IMG/VR virus record: IMGVR_UViG_3300046011_011201
Location: 1 to 31,866 of that record
From: a virus
Lineage: Duplodnaviria; Caudoviricetes
Direction: 5' to 3' (one strand)
DNA length: 31,866 nucleotides
Numbering within the stretch: the stretch's first letter is position 1; every line of letters begins with the position of its first letter. Shown here piece by piece: positions 11,301 to 20,767 of this stretch. The notes below the pieces were generated by a model. It searched no databases, was not told the origin of the DNA, and saw only the letters and a program-made list of their open reading frames with translations. Position numbers and translations under genes: made by a program.

Positions 11301-12050
11301 ATTGCTTTTTCTCCTCAAAATGAAATAAATGATGATATAGCAAATTCATACGGATATTTCAATATTGGAGAATTTATTGGTGATCCTAGATATTATTCTT
11401 CATCTAGAACGGATTATACTTCTTTAAATAATATAAGAGACGATTATTTTAAAAAATATATTGATTCATATAATTGGAATGCATATATAAGATTAATTAA
11501 ATATTATGATAATTCATTATTTAAATTAATAAAAGACTTTACTCCTGTTAGATCTGGATTAGCTACAGGATTAGTAATAAAACAACATTACCTAGAAAGA
11601 AATAGAGTTAGACCAGCTCAAGTAGAATATAATTTTAATGACTATTCTTGTTCCATAGATATGGTTGAAACCTCAGGTAGTACTGCGGGAACCTTTGAAG
11701 AATTTAATGGAATTAATCCTTTTATAAATAATTTTATTCCTGATTTTACTCAAAGTTGGTATGAAATTATAGATTCATCTTTAGGTTTAATATCTGAATC
11801 AAGAAATACTCAAGTTGAATTTTACAATGGAGAATTTAGTGGTTCTCAACTAATTGTTAGTGATGGAAATTTGAATGAAGAAAACCCATTTTTATTTATT
11901 GATACAACTATAAATAATTATGAAATAACATTATATAGAGAATCATATACATCAAATAGTGATTTTTTAAATCCATTAACATCACCAAATTCTGGAGAAA
12001 TATATTTATATTATGATAATGGAGGTACTATAAGAAGAAGAAGCTCATAA
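8307..12050 (+). CDS. large baseplate/tail structural protein (gp7/P2 gpI-like segment plus LamG-like region)
   Basis: 1247 aa; LPYLLKKKGTVDGIKTLLNIYG resembles the KGT..GI motif of P2 gpI/gp7-type wedge proteins; FRFKT...DGDWWSISL...FSGSFQEFRY is LamG/ConA-like. Confidence 0.6.
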   Translation: MAEPIITNINPIKFSYQEISNNDTSLIKNFDIYSNFGNPNTYSEFHIYNNEILIFSDLNYTHYSVINNPSQAGTTNDSISSISEISVDVVKDLENVGISEGIIETVYTFFNKKFGSSPSDKFFIKEISSDRTELKLYSNTILSNTITTDYNNYASFKANNPYFTDYKLNFGDNNLIIAVNFLTQVENNNLVLLVKLYEPLPLQFDIKSELWIVEEAANPIGFNVEFPPEIIEVDDSIYIQGPNLNIDILDQISNSTTFQNYNSLTSTTNTSSLNQLKSLLEDQSIQINIDYEDYSNFIKFSSAYQRLYNFYLKVKNIENYNNDINQITSNITGSSSSSYHISSSITILQNNITNIIENFDGYEYFLYYESSSYSWPKNNFNPVTLYSTGSAQTLTWYNNQTSSAILYDNQNKDYLVYTIPEYLRTDEDNTPYLEFVDMVGQHYDNIFIYLKSITDKLVADNRLTSGIAQDLTSDVLKSLGLEIYQNNFTTNDLFASYLGVTPSLNTQFTGSELITTYITASISGSLSSSLVPIATLNNSIYKRLYNNLPYLLKKKGTVDGIKTLLNIYGIPDTLIRINEYGGKDDINVNDYDYYFERYSNAFKTYQQAQPIIPWLPLYRNLLAEGNFNVPDEILFRFKTNGIPSSSNYQQYLLVKTSNENSSKFDFGIQLNYTGSSLVSGSYSGSVATSSKYYGDLKLLISGAFGYVTSSNINLPFFDGDWWSISLYKNTHTSESIINNDYVLRTANKIYNGPDGFTIGYTGSTSLSITGSTSSSYNTSWNIYKPFTSSYVPYGALLGGFSSSIFSGSFQEFRYHSHKINSSTFYDYTMNPNSIEGINITGSLSYFDIVNFRAPLGNELEAEFSSSLTSSNSSSYNSHHPAYSGSYPTASFILGGSLYGFGIYGGNTYGGPLTSSNNFDVVYYSSSIRYNNSVDNIEYYYQDQPIIGIQNPNSNKIQIVSSSNYENVLSLQQSIQQQYFISSFNSSSGNYTKDINYVEIAFSPQNEINDDIANSYGYFNIGEFIGDPRYYSSSRTDYTSLNNIRDDYFKKYIDSYNWNAYIRLIKYYDNSLFKLIKDFTPVRSGLATGLVIKQHYLERNRVRPAQVEYNFNDYSCSIDMVETSGSTAGTFEEFNGINPFINNFIPDFTQSWYEIIDSSLGLISESRNTQVEFYNGEFSGSQLIVSDGNLNEENPFLFIDTTINNYEITLYRESYTSNSDFLNPLTSPNSGEIYLYYDNGGTIRRRSS

Positions 12051-12062
12051 CAATTTTTAATA

Positions 12063-14423
12063 ATGCCAGCATCAAGTTACACAGGCCCAATTTTCCCAGC
12101 AACCTGGGGAGTAAATCCAGGAATTTTATTTATAAAAGTAAATAGAATAGACCAAAATGGAATTGATAATACTATATCTCTTCAATCTTTAGAAAAAATC
12201 AAAATCAAATATTCAGATATAGGTATTCAAACATATGATGTATTAAATATAACTGAATACCCGGATTACTATTTATTTTATGTAAATCCACCTACACCAG
12301 CAACTTCTTCAGCTGATAATACTATTGTGGATTATAAAATATCTGCTACTGTAACACAATCTTTTTCTTCTGCATCAACAGGATTAATATTTACATCTTC
12401 CATTTTATCCCCTTTAGCTTGGAGTACAGCATCATTATACCCAGAAGGATTTACTTGTTCTAAAACACCTAATATTCCTATTAATGTTACTTTTTCAGGT
12501 TTAGTTAATACAAATGGAGGATTAGATGGAGTAAATTTATATGTATTAAATTCAAGTGGAGTTTCTAGTTTAATAGGTTCTATAGGACCATTAGGAGTTG
12601 GTGCTAATAATTTTACAATAACTAGTAGTTTTTCATTAATTGAAGGTGATCATTTATGGGCTCAAACAGTTCATTCACTTGGAGTTTTCACAAATAGTAT
12701 AACAGCATCTTTATTAGTTACTCAATCTATATCTCCTACTTCTTCAGTTATAGATCAAATTATATTTGAACCATACCTTACTGAAAATTTCATAAATAGT
12801 GATTATAATGTATTATTTAATAATGCTATTACTGGAATATTTAGTAAAAAATATATGGGAGCAGATTATGAAAGTGGAATACTTATTCCTACAAATTTTG
12901 ATCTTATAATAAGCAATTCTGCTTTTCCTGCTGAAGTACAAGATTATTATTATAATTTACAAAGACATATTCTTCCAAGATATAATGGTAGTAAAATGTA
13001 TGCTGCTAATATTAATTATTATACTCCTCCCACAAATAATGCTATATTTGCTAATGGAGAAATTAATCAACAATGGGGAGGAGATAGTTTATCGTCTAGA
13101 GATGTTATAGTATCAAATCCTGCTACATACATATTATATTTTGAATGGATAGGAGGTTCACCTCCTGAATATAAGAATGGAGCAGGTGCAAAAATAAAAT
13201 ATCTTATAAATGAAAATGGAGAAGTTTCTTCACCTTTATTAGATAATCCATATTACTATAATTTAATTAATGCATTTGAAAAAAATTCCTTAGTTCAAGT
13301 TTCTCAACCTTTAACATCACCAAATGATATCCCATCAAACGATTACTTTCCAATATATGCTGCTGGAAAACAATTTGCTCCCATAATATATTCTCAAACT
13401 GGAAGTAATGTTAATGCTATTCCAACTATGAGTTTTGGAAATAATTCAAATACTACTGATTTTAAATTTATTTCATATATATCTTCTTCTTACTATCAAG
13501 ATGGAGGAGGATTTCCAGGAGAAGCTATACAATTTTTAACATCTTCTGGATATTCACCTACAAATGTTAATTGGTCTCCTGCTCCTAATAGTTATATAAC
13601 ATGTAGTTTAGCAAATAATAATAGAATAAAATTAAAAACTAAAATTACATTAACTGCTACTACATTTTCACCACTAATTGATAATCCATCTGACTCTAGA
13701 GGTATATGTACTGGTGTAATTCAAATTCAATCTGTTCCTTCTACTACAAATTTTAATGGAAATGATACTCAAGTATTAGCTCAATTAAATTTTTCTGTAG
13801 GTTTAGAGCAAACAATAACCAAAACTTTAGAAACCAATTACTTTTATCCAGATGGAGATTCTAAACTTAGAGTAGGAGTATTTTACGAATCTGAATTAGG
13901 AGAATTATATGTACAACCCCCTGGTACATTTTTAGTTATTCCTGAATTATTTACTTCATTGGAAGTATATTCAGGAAGCGGTCAGTTTTATTTTCAAACA
14001 GGCTCTACTGCTAAAAATATATTAACAGGATCTCCACAATTTAATGAAATTATATATGATAGAGATCAAACAGATGTTAATGGATCAGGTTATTTTACAA
14101 CTATCCCTTTTACAGTTGAAATTGGAGATACTATAAGATTTGAATATAATGAAAATAAATCATATTACATAAAAGAAATATCCACTCCAGAAGATTCAGG
14201 ATCATTATATTTAACATTAGATAGAAATATAGAAAATGGAACAAACGTTAATTCATTCCTTATAAGAAGATTAGTAGATGATCCTTCATTTATATTATTA
14301 AATGATATAACAGCTGCTAATATTAATGGTGGAGGTTTCATGATTCCTCAGTATATTAGTCCTACATTAAAAAAAGAAATACCAAATATAATTAAAAAAT
14401 TAAATAGTGAAAGTTTAATTTAA
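12063..14423 (+). CDS. virion structural protein (baseplate/tail associated)
   Basis: 786 aa, Ser/Thr/Gly/Asn-rich beta composition, within the structural operon. Confidence 0.65.
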   Translation: MPASSYTGPIFPATWGVNPGILFIKVNRIDQNGIDNTISLQSLEKIKIKYSDIGIQTYDVLNITEYPDYYLFYVNPPTPATSSADNTIVDYKISATVTQSFSSASTGLIFTSSILSPLAWSTASLYPEGFTCSKTPNIPINVTFSGLVNTNGGLDGVNLYVLNSSGVSSLIGSIGPLGVGANNFTITSSFSLIEGDHLWAQTVHSLGVFTNSITASLLVTQSISPTSSVIDQIIFEPYLTENFINSDYNVLFNNAITGIFSKKYMGADYESGILIPTNFDLIISNSAFPAEVQDYYYNLQRHILPRYNGSKMYAANINYYTPPTNNAIFANGEINQQWGGDSLSSRDVIVSNPATYILYFEWIGGSPPEYKNGAGAKIKYLINENGEVSSPLLDNPYYYNLINAFEKNSLVQVSQPLTSPNDIPSNDYFPIYAAGKQFAPIIYSQTGSNVNAIPTMSFGNNSNTTDFKFISYISSSYYQDGGGFPGEAIQFLTSSGYSPTNVNWSPAPNSYITCSLANNNRIKLKTKITLTATTFSPLIDNPSDSRGICTGVIQIQSVPSTTNFNGNDTQVLAQLNFSVGLEQTITKTLETNYFYPDGDSKLRVGVFYESELGELYVQPPGTFLVIPELFTSLEVYSGSGQFYFQTGSTAKNILTGSPQFNEIIYDRDQTDVNGSGYFTTIPFTVEIGDTIRFEYNENKSYYIKEISTPEDSGSLYLTLDRNIENGTNVNSFLIRRLVDDPSFILLNDITAANINGGGFMIPQYISPTLKKEIPNIIKKLNSESLI

Positions 14424-14424
14424 C

Positions 14425-14434
14425 AATATTTATA
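14425..14434 (+). promoter_or_regulatory. putative late promoter motif AATATTTATA
   Basis: Intergenic, 21 nt before ATG 14456. Confidence 0.6.
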
Positions 14435-14455
14435 ATAAAATAATAATTTACACTA

Positions 14456-15115
14456 ATGGGATACCTTAATAATACTGTAGTTACTGTAGATGCAATATTA
14501 ACTACCAAAGGCCGTGAACTTTTAGCAAAAAATGATGGTTCTTTTAGAATTACTCAATTTGCATTATCTGATGATGAAATAGATTATACACTATATAACC
14601 CCGACCATCCATCAGGTTCATCATATTCTGGAGAAGCAATAGAAGGAATGCCTCTTTTAGAAGCATTTCCTTTAAATACTCAAATAATGAAATATAAACT
14701 AGTCACTTTACCCAGGGGTACTGCTAGAATGCCAATATTAGACATTGGATATACTTCAATAGTATTAAAACAAGGAGCTTCATTAGCAATTACTCCTCAA
14801 ACTTTAAATTATTTAGGAGGCACATCAGTTTATGAATCTTCAGGATATACTGCAACTATTTCAGATATTAGATTACTATCTACATTTAATGGTGTAGGTA
14901 TTAACACAACCCAAGCTGAAGCTTTAAATTCAAATCAAACATTAGGAACAAATGTTTCTAAAACTGTAGTAGGAACTACATTTAATTTAAAAGCCACAAC
15001 TATTAATACTTTATTTGGTTCTAATACCCAAATACAAGCAAGTATGATATTTGAAGGAAGAGACAGTGGAGCTCGTATAACCATTCCTATAACAGTTACT
15101 AAAATACAATCATAA
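14456..15115 (+). CDS. baseplate/tail-fibre attachment-like structural protein
   Basis: AILTTKGRELLAK....FRITQFALSDD resembles the N-terminus of tail-collar/fibre-proximal (DUF3751-like) domains. Confidence 0.55.
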   Translation: MGYLNNTVVTVDAILTTKGRELLAKNDGSFRITQFALSDDEIDYTLYNPDHPSGSSYSGEAIEGMPLLEAFPLNTQIMKYKLVTLPRGTARMPILDIGYTSIVLKQGASLAITPQTLNYLGGTSVYESSGYTATISDIRLLSTFNGVGINTTQAEALNSNQTLGTNVSKTVVGTTFNLKATTINTLFGSNTQIQASMIFEGRDSGARITIPITVTKIQS

Positions 15116-15132
15116 TTAAAAAAATATAAAAC

Positions 15133-16185
15133 ATGTCATTTACAAGACTCGAAAATTCAGATTTTTTAGTAGGAGTTGATTCAATAACAGCAACTTGTTG
15201 GAGTAACAATACTCCAACTTTAACTAAATTCTATACTTCATCAACACAGGAAGCTGGATCATCAGGAAATTATTATTTAAGTGTATATCAAACTGCCTCT
15301 AGCCTTTCATCAGCTGAAAAACAATTTGATATAGTTTATGGAAATAAGGTGGGTAGTGGAAGTGTAAATTATAATGATTTAGTACCTGGAGTGTCATACA
15401 CTAAAACAATGTATGGACAATATAGAAATTTAGTTTTAGGAGATGAAAATTCAGATTTTAATTTTGGAGGAACTACTGTTACTGATATTTATGTATTATC
15501 AATTTCAAGAACACTATATAAAGAAAGTTTATTTCCAGGATCTTTAAATTTAACTTTATATTCTGGTAGTGGAGCTGGTAAAAGAACAATTAATATTACT
15601 GATAATAGTAATGACGTAACAACAATAACTTATACAGATGCTGGAAGAGTATTCAACTTAGTTAGTGGTAGTAATGGTTCGGCCATAACTACTTCTCCTT
15701 TTTCAGGAGTAACAGCAGGTTATACTCCTTCTGGATCTTATGGTTGGTTTTTACCAGATATAGGAACCATTATTTTAAATCCAGCAGCATTAGATTTACC
15801 ATATGCTAGTGGAGGTATAAATTTAGCAACAAGTAGATCTTCTGACTCTTCAGGAAATAATAATAGTAGAATTTTCCAAAGAATAGCCTCAGGAAGTGAT
15901 GTTAGTGGAAGTTTCTCATTAAATAGTCAAGAAACTATCACTTCAGATTATATATATGTAAGAGTAAAAAATGCTGAATTTAATTATTCTGAAAATCCTA
16001 GTTTTATATCAGGAAGTACAGGAGAATTAGTATTCTCGGACTTTATTAATAATCCTAAAACATATGTTACTACAGTTGGATTATATAATGATAATAATGA
16101 ATTATTAGCCGTAGCAAAAATGTCAAGACCTCTTAAAAAAGATTTTACTAAAGAGGCACTTGTGAGGATTAAATTAGATTTTTAA
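15133..16185 (+). CDS. virion structural protein, paralog of 16196..17572
   Basis: C-terminal EFNYSENPS...YVTTVGLYNDNNELLAVAK..RPL is shared with the next gene. Confidence 0.65.
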   Translation: MSFTRLENSDFLVGVDSITATCWSNNTPTLTKFYTSSTQEAGSSGNYYLSVYQTASSLSSAEKQFDIVYGNKVGSGSVNYNDLVPGVSYTKTMYGQYRNLVLGDENSDFNFGGTTVTDIYVLSISRTLYKESLFPGSLNLTLYSGSGAGKRTINITDNSNDVTTITYTDAGRVFNLVSGSNGSAITTSPFSGVTAGYTPSGSYGWFLPDIGTIILNPAALDLPYASGGINLATSRSSDSSGNNNSRIFQRIASGSDVSGSFSLNSQETITSDYIYVRVKNAEFNYSENPSFISGSTGELVFSDFINNPKTYVTTVGLYNDNNELLAVAKMSRPLKKDFTKEALVRIKLDF

Positions 16186-16195
16186 CAAATATTAA

Positions 16196-17572
16196 ATGGG
16201 TGCATATAAACAATTTACAACCCAGGATACAATAATAACTCCTTTTAATGTTAAAAAAGGTTTTACATTTTTATCTAATGAATTTACCTCTAGCGATGTA
16301 GGTATTGATAGATTTATAGGTAAAAATATTTCAAGTAATATTTTATTTTCTCCATTAACTTTTTCTTCTGAACCAACAACAGGATTTTTAACAACTCAAT
16401 ATCAAAGATTAGTATATAATTCAATTAAACAATTATATTATACTAATTATATAACTAATCCAATACCAACATCTAGTGATTTTATAGGACAAGATGTTTA
16501 TTCTAGATTTGATAATTATTTACAATCTCCTAGTCTAGATTACAGAACATTCCCTACAGGTACTAATGATGAAATAGGAATAATTTCTATCCCTTCAAAA
16601 TTATTCGGAAATAGAATTCATCCTGGAAGTTTTAAATATGAACAAAATTATCCATTATCACACACACAATCTATTATATTTTCTGCTAGTTCAACATCAG
16701 CTAATGAACAACTGTTTATTACAGAATTAACAGCAAATAATTTTAGCGCATCTATAGATCCATTAAATGGTTTAACATACTTAGACTACTCAGGATTAAC
16801 AGCATCTAATGCTGCTTATTTATTTAATCAATCATATACCTCACCCCTTTTACTTACTGCCTCTTTAAATTTAATATTTACAGCATCTTTGGGGAATAAC
16901 ATTACTTTTTATATAAATTCAGGAATAGGAAATAATACAGGAACATTTTTATATTCTCAATCTATTTCATATATTACTACAGGAAATCCTATAGTATCTA
17001 TGTCTTTTCTTATCACCCAATCTATAACTCCAACAATTAATACTAATTATAGTTTATTTTTTACTAATACAGGAATGACTATGGATGTATTTTCAGCTAG
17101 TATTAGTATTATTGATCCTGCTTATACTCAACCCTATACAAGCTCTGTTATTTTATATGATGATGGTGAGGGAAATGTTTATAACAATATTAATAACTTA
17201 AAATGTGGAAATATAATTTATCCACATGGGCTAATAACAATAACAAGTGGAGGATTCCATTCTAATTTAAAAGAATTTATTACAGGTTCTGGGGTTACTT
17301 GTTCTTTTTCTAGTAGTATGACAATATTTGAAACACAATATAAATGTACTATTAGAGAAAATGAATTTAATTTTAGTTTAAACCCTAGCCTAATGTCTGG
17401 AAGTGAAGGACAAACCTATAATTTTGTTACGGGTTCTATATTTACTCCATATATCACTACAGTTGGATTATATAATGAAAACCAAGAATTATTAGCTGTT
17501 GCTAAATTAGCTAAACCTTTAAATTCATCTGATACAACAGATACAACAATATTAATAAATTTTGATAGATAA
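16196..17572 (+). CDS. virion structural protein, paralog of 15133..16185
   Basis: C-terminal EFNFSLNPS...YITTVGLYNENQELLAVAKLAKPL. Confidence 0.65.
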   Translation: MGAYKQFTTQDTIITPFNVKKGFTFLSNEFTSSDVGIDRFIGKNISSNILFSPLTFSSEPTTGFLTTQYQRLVYNSIKQLYYTNYITNPIPTSSDFIGQDVYSRFDNYLQSPSLDYRTFPTGTNDEIGIISIPSKLFGNRIHPGSFKYEQNYPLSHTQSIIFSASSTSANEQLFITELTANNFSASIDPLNGLTYLDYSGLTASNAAYLFNQSYTSPLLLTASLNLIFTASLGNNITFYINSGIGNNTGTFLYSQSISYITTGNPIVSMSFLITQSITPTINTNYSLFFTNTGMTMDVFSASISIIDPAYTQPYTSSVILYDDGEGNVYNNINNLKCGNIIYPHGLITITSGGFHSNLKEFITGSGVTCSFSSSMTIFETQYKCTIRENEFNFSLNPSLMSGSEGQTYNFVTGSIFTPYITTVGLYNENQELLAVAKLAKPLNSSDTTDTTILINFDR

Positions 17573-17574
17573 AA

Positions 17575-18021
17575 ATGTGGATATACAAAAATGAAGTTAT
17601 AAAAGATTTAAGTGATTTTCCTTTAAATACTTATGGGTTTATATATAAAATAGTTCATATACCAACTCAAAAATTATATATAGGTAAAAAAAATCTTTAT
17701 CATAATGTGAAAAAAAAATTAACAAAAAAAGAACTAGCAGAACAAACTGGTCCTGGAAGAAAGCAATTATCAAAAACAGTACAAAAAGAATCTGATTGGA
17801 AAACGTATTGGGGGTCTAATAAACAATTATTAGAATTAATAAAAAATGAACCTAAAGATAATTTTTATAAAGTAATATTACAATGTGTTTTTGATAAAAA
17901 ACTTTTAACATATTATGAATGTAAATGTCTTTTTAAACTAGGAGTATTAGAATCCCCAGAAAAATATTTTAATGATAATATTCAGGGTCGTTTTTTTACT
18001 AAAGATTTTAAAAATATCTAA
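17575..18021 (+). CDS. GIY-YIG (Seg-like) endonuclease
   Basis: YGFIYKI.......LYIGKK; WKTYWGS; later Glu (YYE) and Asn (YFNDN) fit the GIY-YIG catalytic module. Confidence 0.8.
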   Translation: MWIYKNEVIKDLSDFPLNTYGFIYKIVHIPTQKLYIGKKNLYHNVKKKLTKKELAEQTGPGRKQLSKTVQKESDWKTYWGSNKQLLELIKNEPKDNFYKVILQCVFDKKLLTYYECKCLFKLGVLESPEKYFNDNIQGRFFTKDFKNI

Positions 18022-18030
18022 TAAATAAAA

Positions 18031-18062
18031 TTTGGAAAATCAAATTTTTGTTTGTATTTTAT
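18031..18062 (+). promoter_or_regulatory. candidate host-type (Bacteroidota sigma-A-like) early/middle promoter
   Basis: TTTG (18031-34), a 20-nt spacer, then TATTTTAT (18055-62): a partial match to TTTG-N19-21-TAnnTTTG, just before the primase ATG at 18067. Confidence 0.35.
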
Positions 18063-18066
18063 ATTA

Positions 18067-19002
18067 ATGGTTGATCAACTTTTAATCACACTAACAAATT
18101 CAGTTTTGGGAACAGGGAAACCTACTTCCCGAGGTAATTATGCATACCATTGTCCTTTTTGTAAACACCACAAACCTAAATTAGAAGTAAATTTTACTGA
18201 AAATAAAAATAGAGAAAATCCATGGCAATGTTGGGTATGTTTAAATAAAGGAAAAAGATTAATAAATTTATTTAAAAAAATACATGCTCCTAAAGATAAA
18301 ATTCAAGAATTAAATTCATTATTAAAAATTAATTATCAAATAGGAGAACAAAACCATGCAAATGAACAAATTACATTACCTAAAGAATTTATTTCTTTAA
18401 TAAATAATAATAATTTAGATATTATAGGAAGACATGCTTTAGCCTATTTAAAATCAAGAGGATTTAATGAAAACGATATAATAAAATATAATTTAGGATA
18501 TTGTGATAAAGGAAAGTATGAAAAAAGAATTATAATCCCGTCATATGACAATAATGGAAATATAAATTACTTTACAGCTAGAAGTTTTGATAAATTTACC
18601 TCCAAAAAATACGACAACCCACCAATATCCAGAAATATAATTCCTTTTGAATTTTTTATAAATTGGTCATCTCCTATAATTTTATGTGAGGGGTCATTAG
18701 ATGCTATGACTATAAAGCGAAATGCAATTCCATTATTAGGTAAAAATATTCAAGAAAATTTACTTAAAAAAATTGTTGAATCTAAAGTTAAAAAAATATA
18801 TATAGCTTTAGATAAAGACGCTTTAAAAATTTCATTAAAACATTGTGAATATTTAATGAATGAAGGAAAACAAGTATATCTTATAGAATTAGATAAAAAA
18901 GATCCTAATGAATTAGGATTTATAGAATTTACTAAAATTTTGCATAAAGCTAAACAATTAACATTCTCTAAATTATTAGAGAAAAAACTCCAAATTTTAT
19001 GA
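18067..19002 (+). CDS. DNA primase, DnaG-type (zinc finger plus TOPRIM)
   Basis: HCPFCKHH...WQCWVC zinc finger; RIIIPSY...YFTAR; TOPRIM ILCEGSLDA and IALDKDA. ATG 18067 is preferred over TTG 18052. Confidence 0.9.
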   Translation: MVDQLLITLTNSVLGTGKPTSRGNYAYHCPFCKHHKPKLEVNFTENKNRENPWQCWVCLNKGKRLINLFKKIHAPKDKIQELNSLLKINYQIGEQNHANEQITLPKEFISLINNNNLDIIGRHALAYLKSRGFNENDIIKYNLGYCDKGKYEKRIIIPSYDNNGNINYFTARSFDKFTSKKYDNPPISRNIIPFEFFINWSSPIILCEGSLDAMTIKRNAIPLLGKNIQENLLKKIVESKVKKIYIALDKDALKISLKHCEYLMNEGKQVYLIELDKKDPNELGFIEFTKILHKAKQLTFSKLLEKKLQIL

Positions 19003-19805
19003 TTGAAAAAAATGTTAACATTTATAAAAAAAATGTTACCCGTATACTAGAAATAGATTCGGACTCAAAAAAAGCTAGTATATTAGATAATAGGTTTTAT
19101 ACAAGATATGGAAAATTCTACCCCTCAGTAACTAGCATTTTACAATTTATGCCAAAAAATAAATTTTTTGAAAATTGGCTTAAAGATGTAGGACATAATG
19201 CCGATGTTATAGCTAGAAAAGCAGCAGAAGAAGGAACACAAACCCATGATGCTATTGAGCATTACTTAAAAGGTGAAAAAATTCAATGGATTGATGATAA
19301 TGGAAATTCTAAATATTCATTAGAAGTATGGAAAATGATTTTAAAATTTCATGAGTTTTGGAATACATATAAACCTGTTCTTATAGAAAGTGAAATCCAT
19401 CTTTTTTCAGATAAATTTGAATATGCTGGTACTTGTGATTTAGTAGTTGAAATAAATAATGAAAGATGGTTATTAGATATTAAAACATCTAATTCTTTAC
19501 ATAGAAGCCACGATTTACAGTTAGCAGCATATACACAAGCATGGAATGAAAATTTTGCAGAAAAAATAGATCGTATTGGAGTTGTATGGTTAAAATCTTC
19601 TAAAAGAGGCGAAGATAAAAGTAATAAAAAAATACAAGGTAAAGGTTGGGAAGTTTATGAACCCGATCTTAGTATAGAAAAAAATCTTGAATTATTTAAT
19701 TCTATTTTTAGTTTATATAAATTAGAAAATCCTAACCCTAAACCAAATTCAGAACAATTTCCTTTAGAGATTCAATTAGATCCAAATATTTATGATAAAC
19801 CCTAA
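18999..19805 (+). CDS. PD-(D/E)XK exonuclease (Cas4/lambda-exo-like)
   Basis: YPSVTSIL, EEGTQTHDAIE, AGTCDLV, LLDIKTS, QLAAY motifs. Confidence 0.85.
   Translation: MIEKNVNIYKKNVTRILEIDSDSKKASILDNRFYTRYGKFYPSVTSILQFMPKNKFFENWLKDVGHNADVIARKAAEEGTQTHDAIEHYLKGEKIQWIDDNGNSKYSLEVWKMILKFHEFWNTYKPVLIESEIHLFSDKFEYAGTCDLVVEINNERWLLDIKTSNSLHRSHDLQLAAYTQAWNENFAEKIDRIGVVWLKSSKRGEDKSNKKIQGKGWEVYEPDLSIEKNLELFNSIFSLYKLENPNPKPNSEQFPLEIQLDPNIYDKP
19785..19794 (+). promoter_or_regulatory. putative late promoter motif AATATTTATG embedded in the exonuclease 3' end
   Basis: 13 nt before ATG 19808, the same spacing as the 6809 copy. Confidence 0.5.
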
Positions 19806-19807
19806 GA

Positions 19808-20767
19808 ATGATATCATTAGTTGGAATTTTAAAAGATATAATTTCTGAAGGAGGTAATGTATTTGGTACTACTTCTTCTATTAAAAAAGAATATATCCAA
19901 CCTACTTTAGAAAAATTTACTAAAGAACTAAAACGTGTTTATCCAAAAGTTGATTTCAAATTTAATACTTTAGGATCAGTAGGTAAAAAAGACGAATCTG
20001 GAGATATAGATTTAGCTTTAAATGTAGATCAATTTATGTCTAAAGAAGGTGAACCATTATTAGATAAATGGAATCTAAATCCTACAGAATTTGAAAATTT
20101 ATTTGAAAAAATTAGAAAACGTGCCCGATCTGCTTCTGAAACACAAAGTAAACTTAGAACAATGTTAGAGTTAATAGCAACTCAACTAGAAGAAAAATCT
20201 CAACTTATAACAACTGATATTAAAGCTGCAGGTGGAGGTTCTATATTTTGTAATTTCCCCCAATTTGATAAAAATGGAAAAGAAATATTTGAAAAATCAG
20301 TTCAAATTGACATTAATGTTGGAAATATAGATTGGTTAAGTTTTAGTTATTATTCTAATACTTATAAAGATAATGTAAAAGGATTACATAGAACTCAATT
20401 AATGTTATCTATGTTTTCTGAAGCAGGTTTATCTTTTAATCATAATAGAGGGGTAACAGATAAAGAAACTGGTGAATTAGTAGCTTCAAATCCTCAAGAA
20501 GCTATACAAATTTTAAATGATAAATATAATATTAATTTAACTCAAGATATTTTAAATGATTATTTTGAGTTAATGGATTATATTAAAAATAATCTACCTA
20601 AAAATAAATTAAATAATATTTTAGATAGATATTTAAAAATATTAGACTCTACTAGAGCTGATATTCCTTTAGATTTACAAGACTATTGGATTAAAAACCA
20701 AGATAGGTTAGAATTAAAAGGAAAATTCCTACCAGATAACTCTAATTTAATAAAATATAAAAAATAA
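19808..20767 (+). CDS. Pol-beta superfamily nucleotidyltransferase with cleavable-type leader
   Basis: LGSVGKKDESGDIDL (hGS..DxD) and a third acidic residue in VQID; N-terminus MISLVGILKDIISE then GGNVF. Confidence 0.75.
   Translation: MISLVGILKDIISEGGNVFGTTSSIKKEYIQPTLEKFTKELKRVYPKVDFKFNTLGSVGKKDESGDIDLALNVDQFMSKEGEPLLDKWNLNPTEFENLFEKIRKRARSASETQSKLRTMLELIATQLEEKSQLITTDIKAAGGGSIFCNFPQFDKNGKEIFEKSVQIDINVGNIDWLSFSYYSNTYKDNVKGLHRTQLMLSMFSEAGLSFNHNRGVTDKETGELVASNPQEAIQILNDKYNINLTQDILNDYFELMDYIKNNLPKNKLNNILDRYLKILDSTRADIPLDLQDYWIKNQDRLELKGKFLPDNSNLIKYKK

Noticed and set aside
18052-18066. TTG start for the primase in the ORF track
   Set aside because: It overlaps the candidate promoter; in-frame ATG 18067 is more plausible.
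18742-18757. NIQE in the primase (also in the sigma factor) as a cleavage site
   Set aside because: It lies within the TOPRIM domain of a non-virion enzyme. Kept as a reminder that (I/L)xE alone has low specificity.
18999-19805. Cas4-like nuclease as a sign of CRISPR-Cas
   Set aside because: No repeat-spacer array or other cas genes were seen; stand-alone exonucleases of this type are common next to phage primases.
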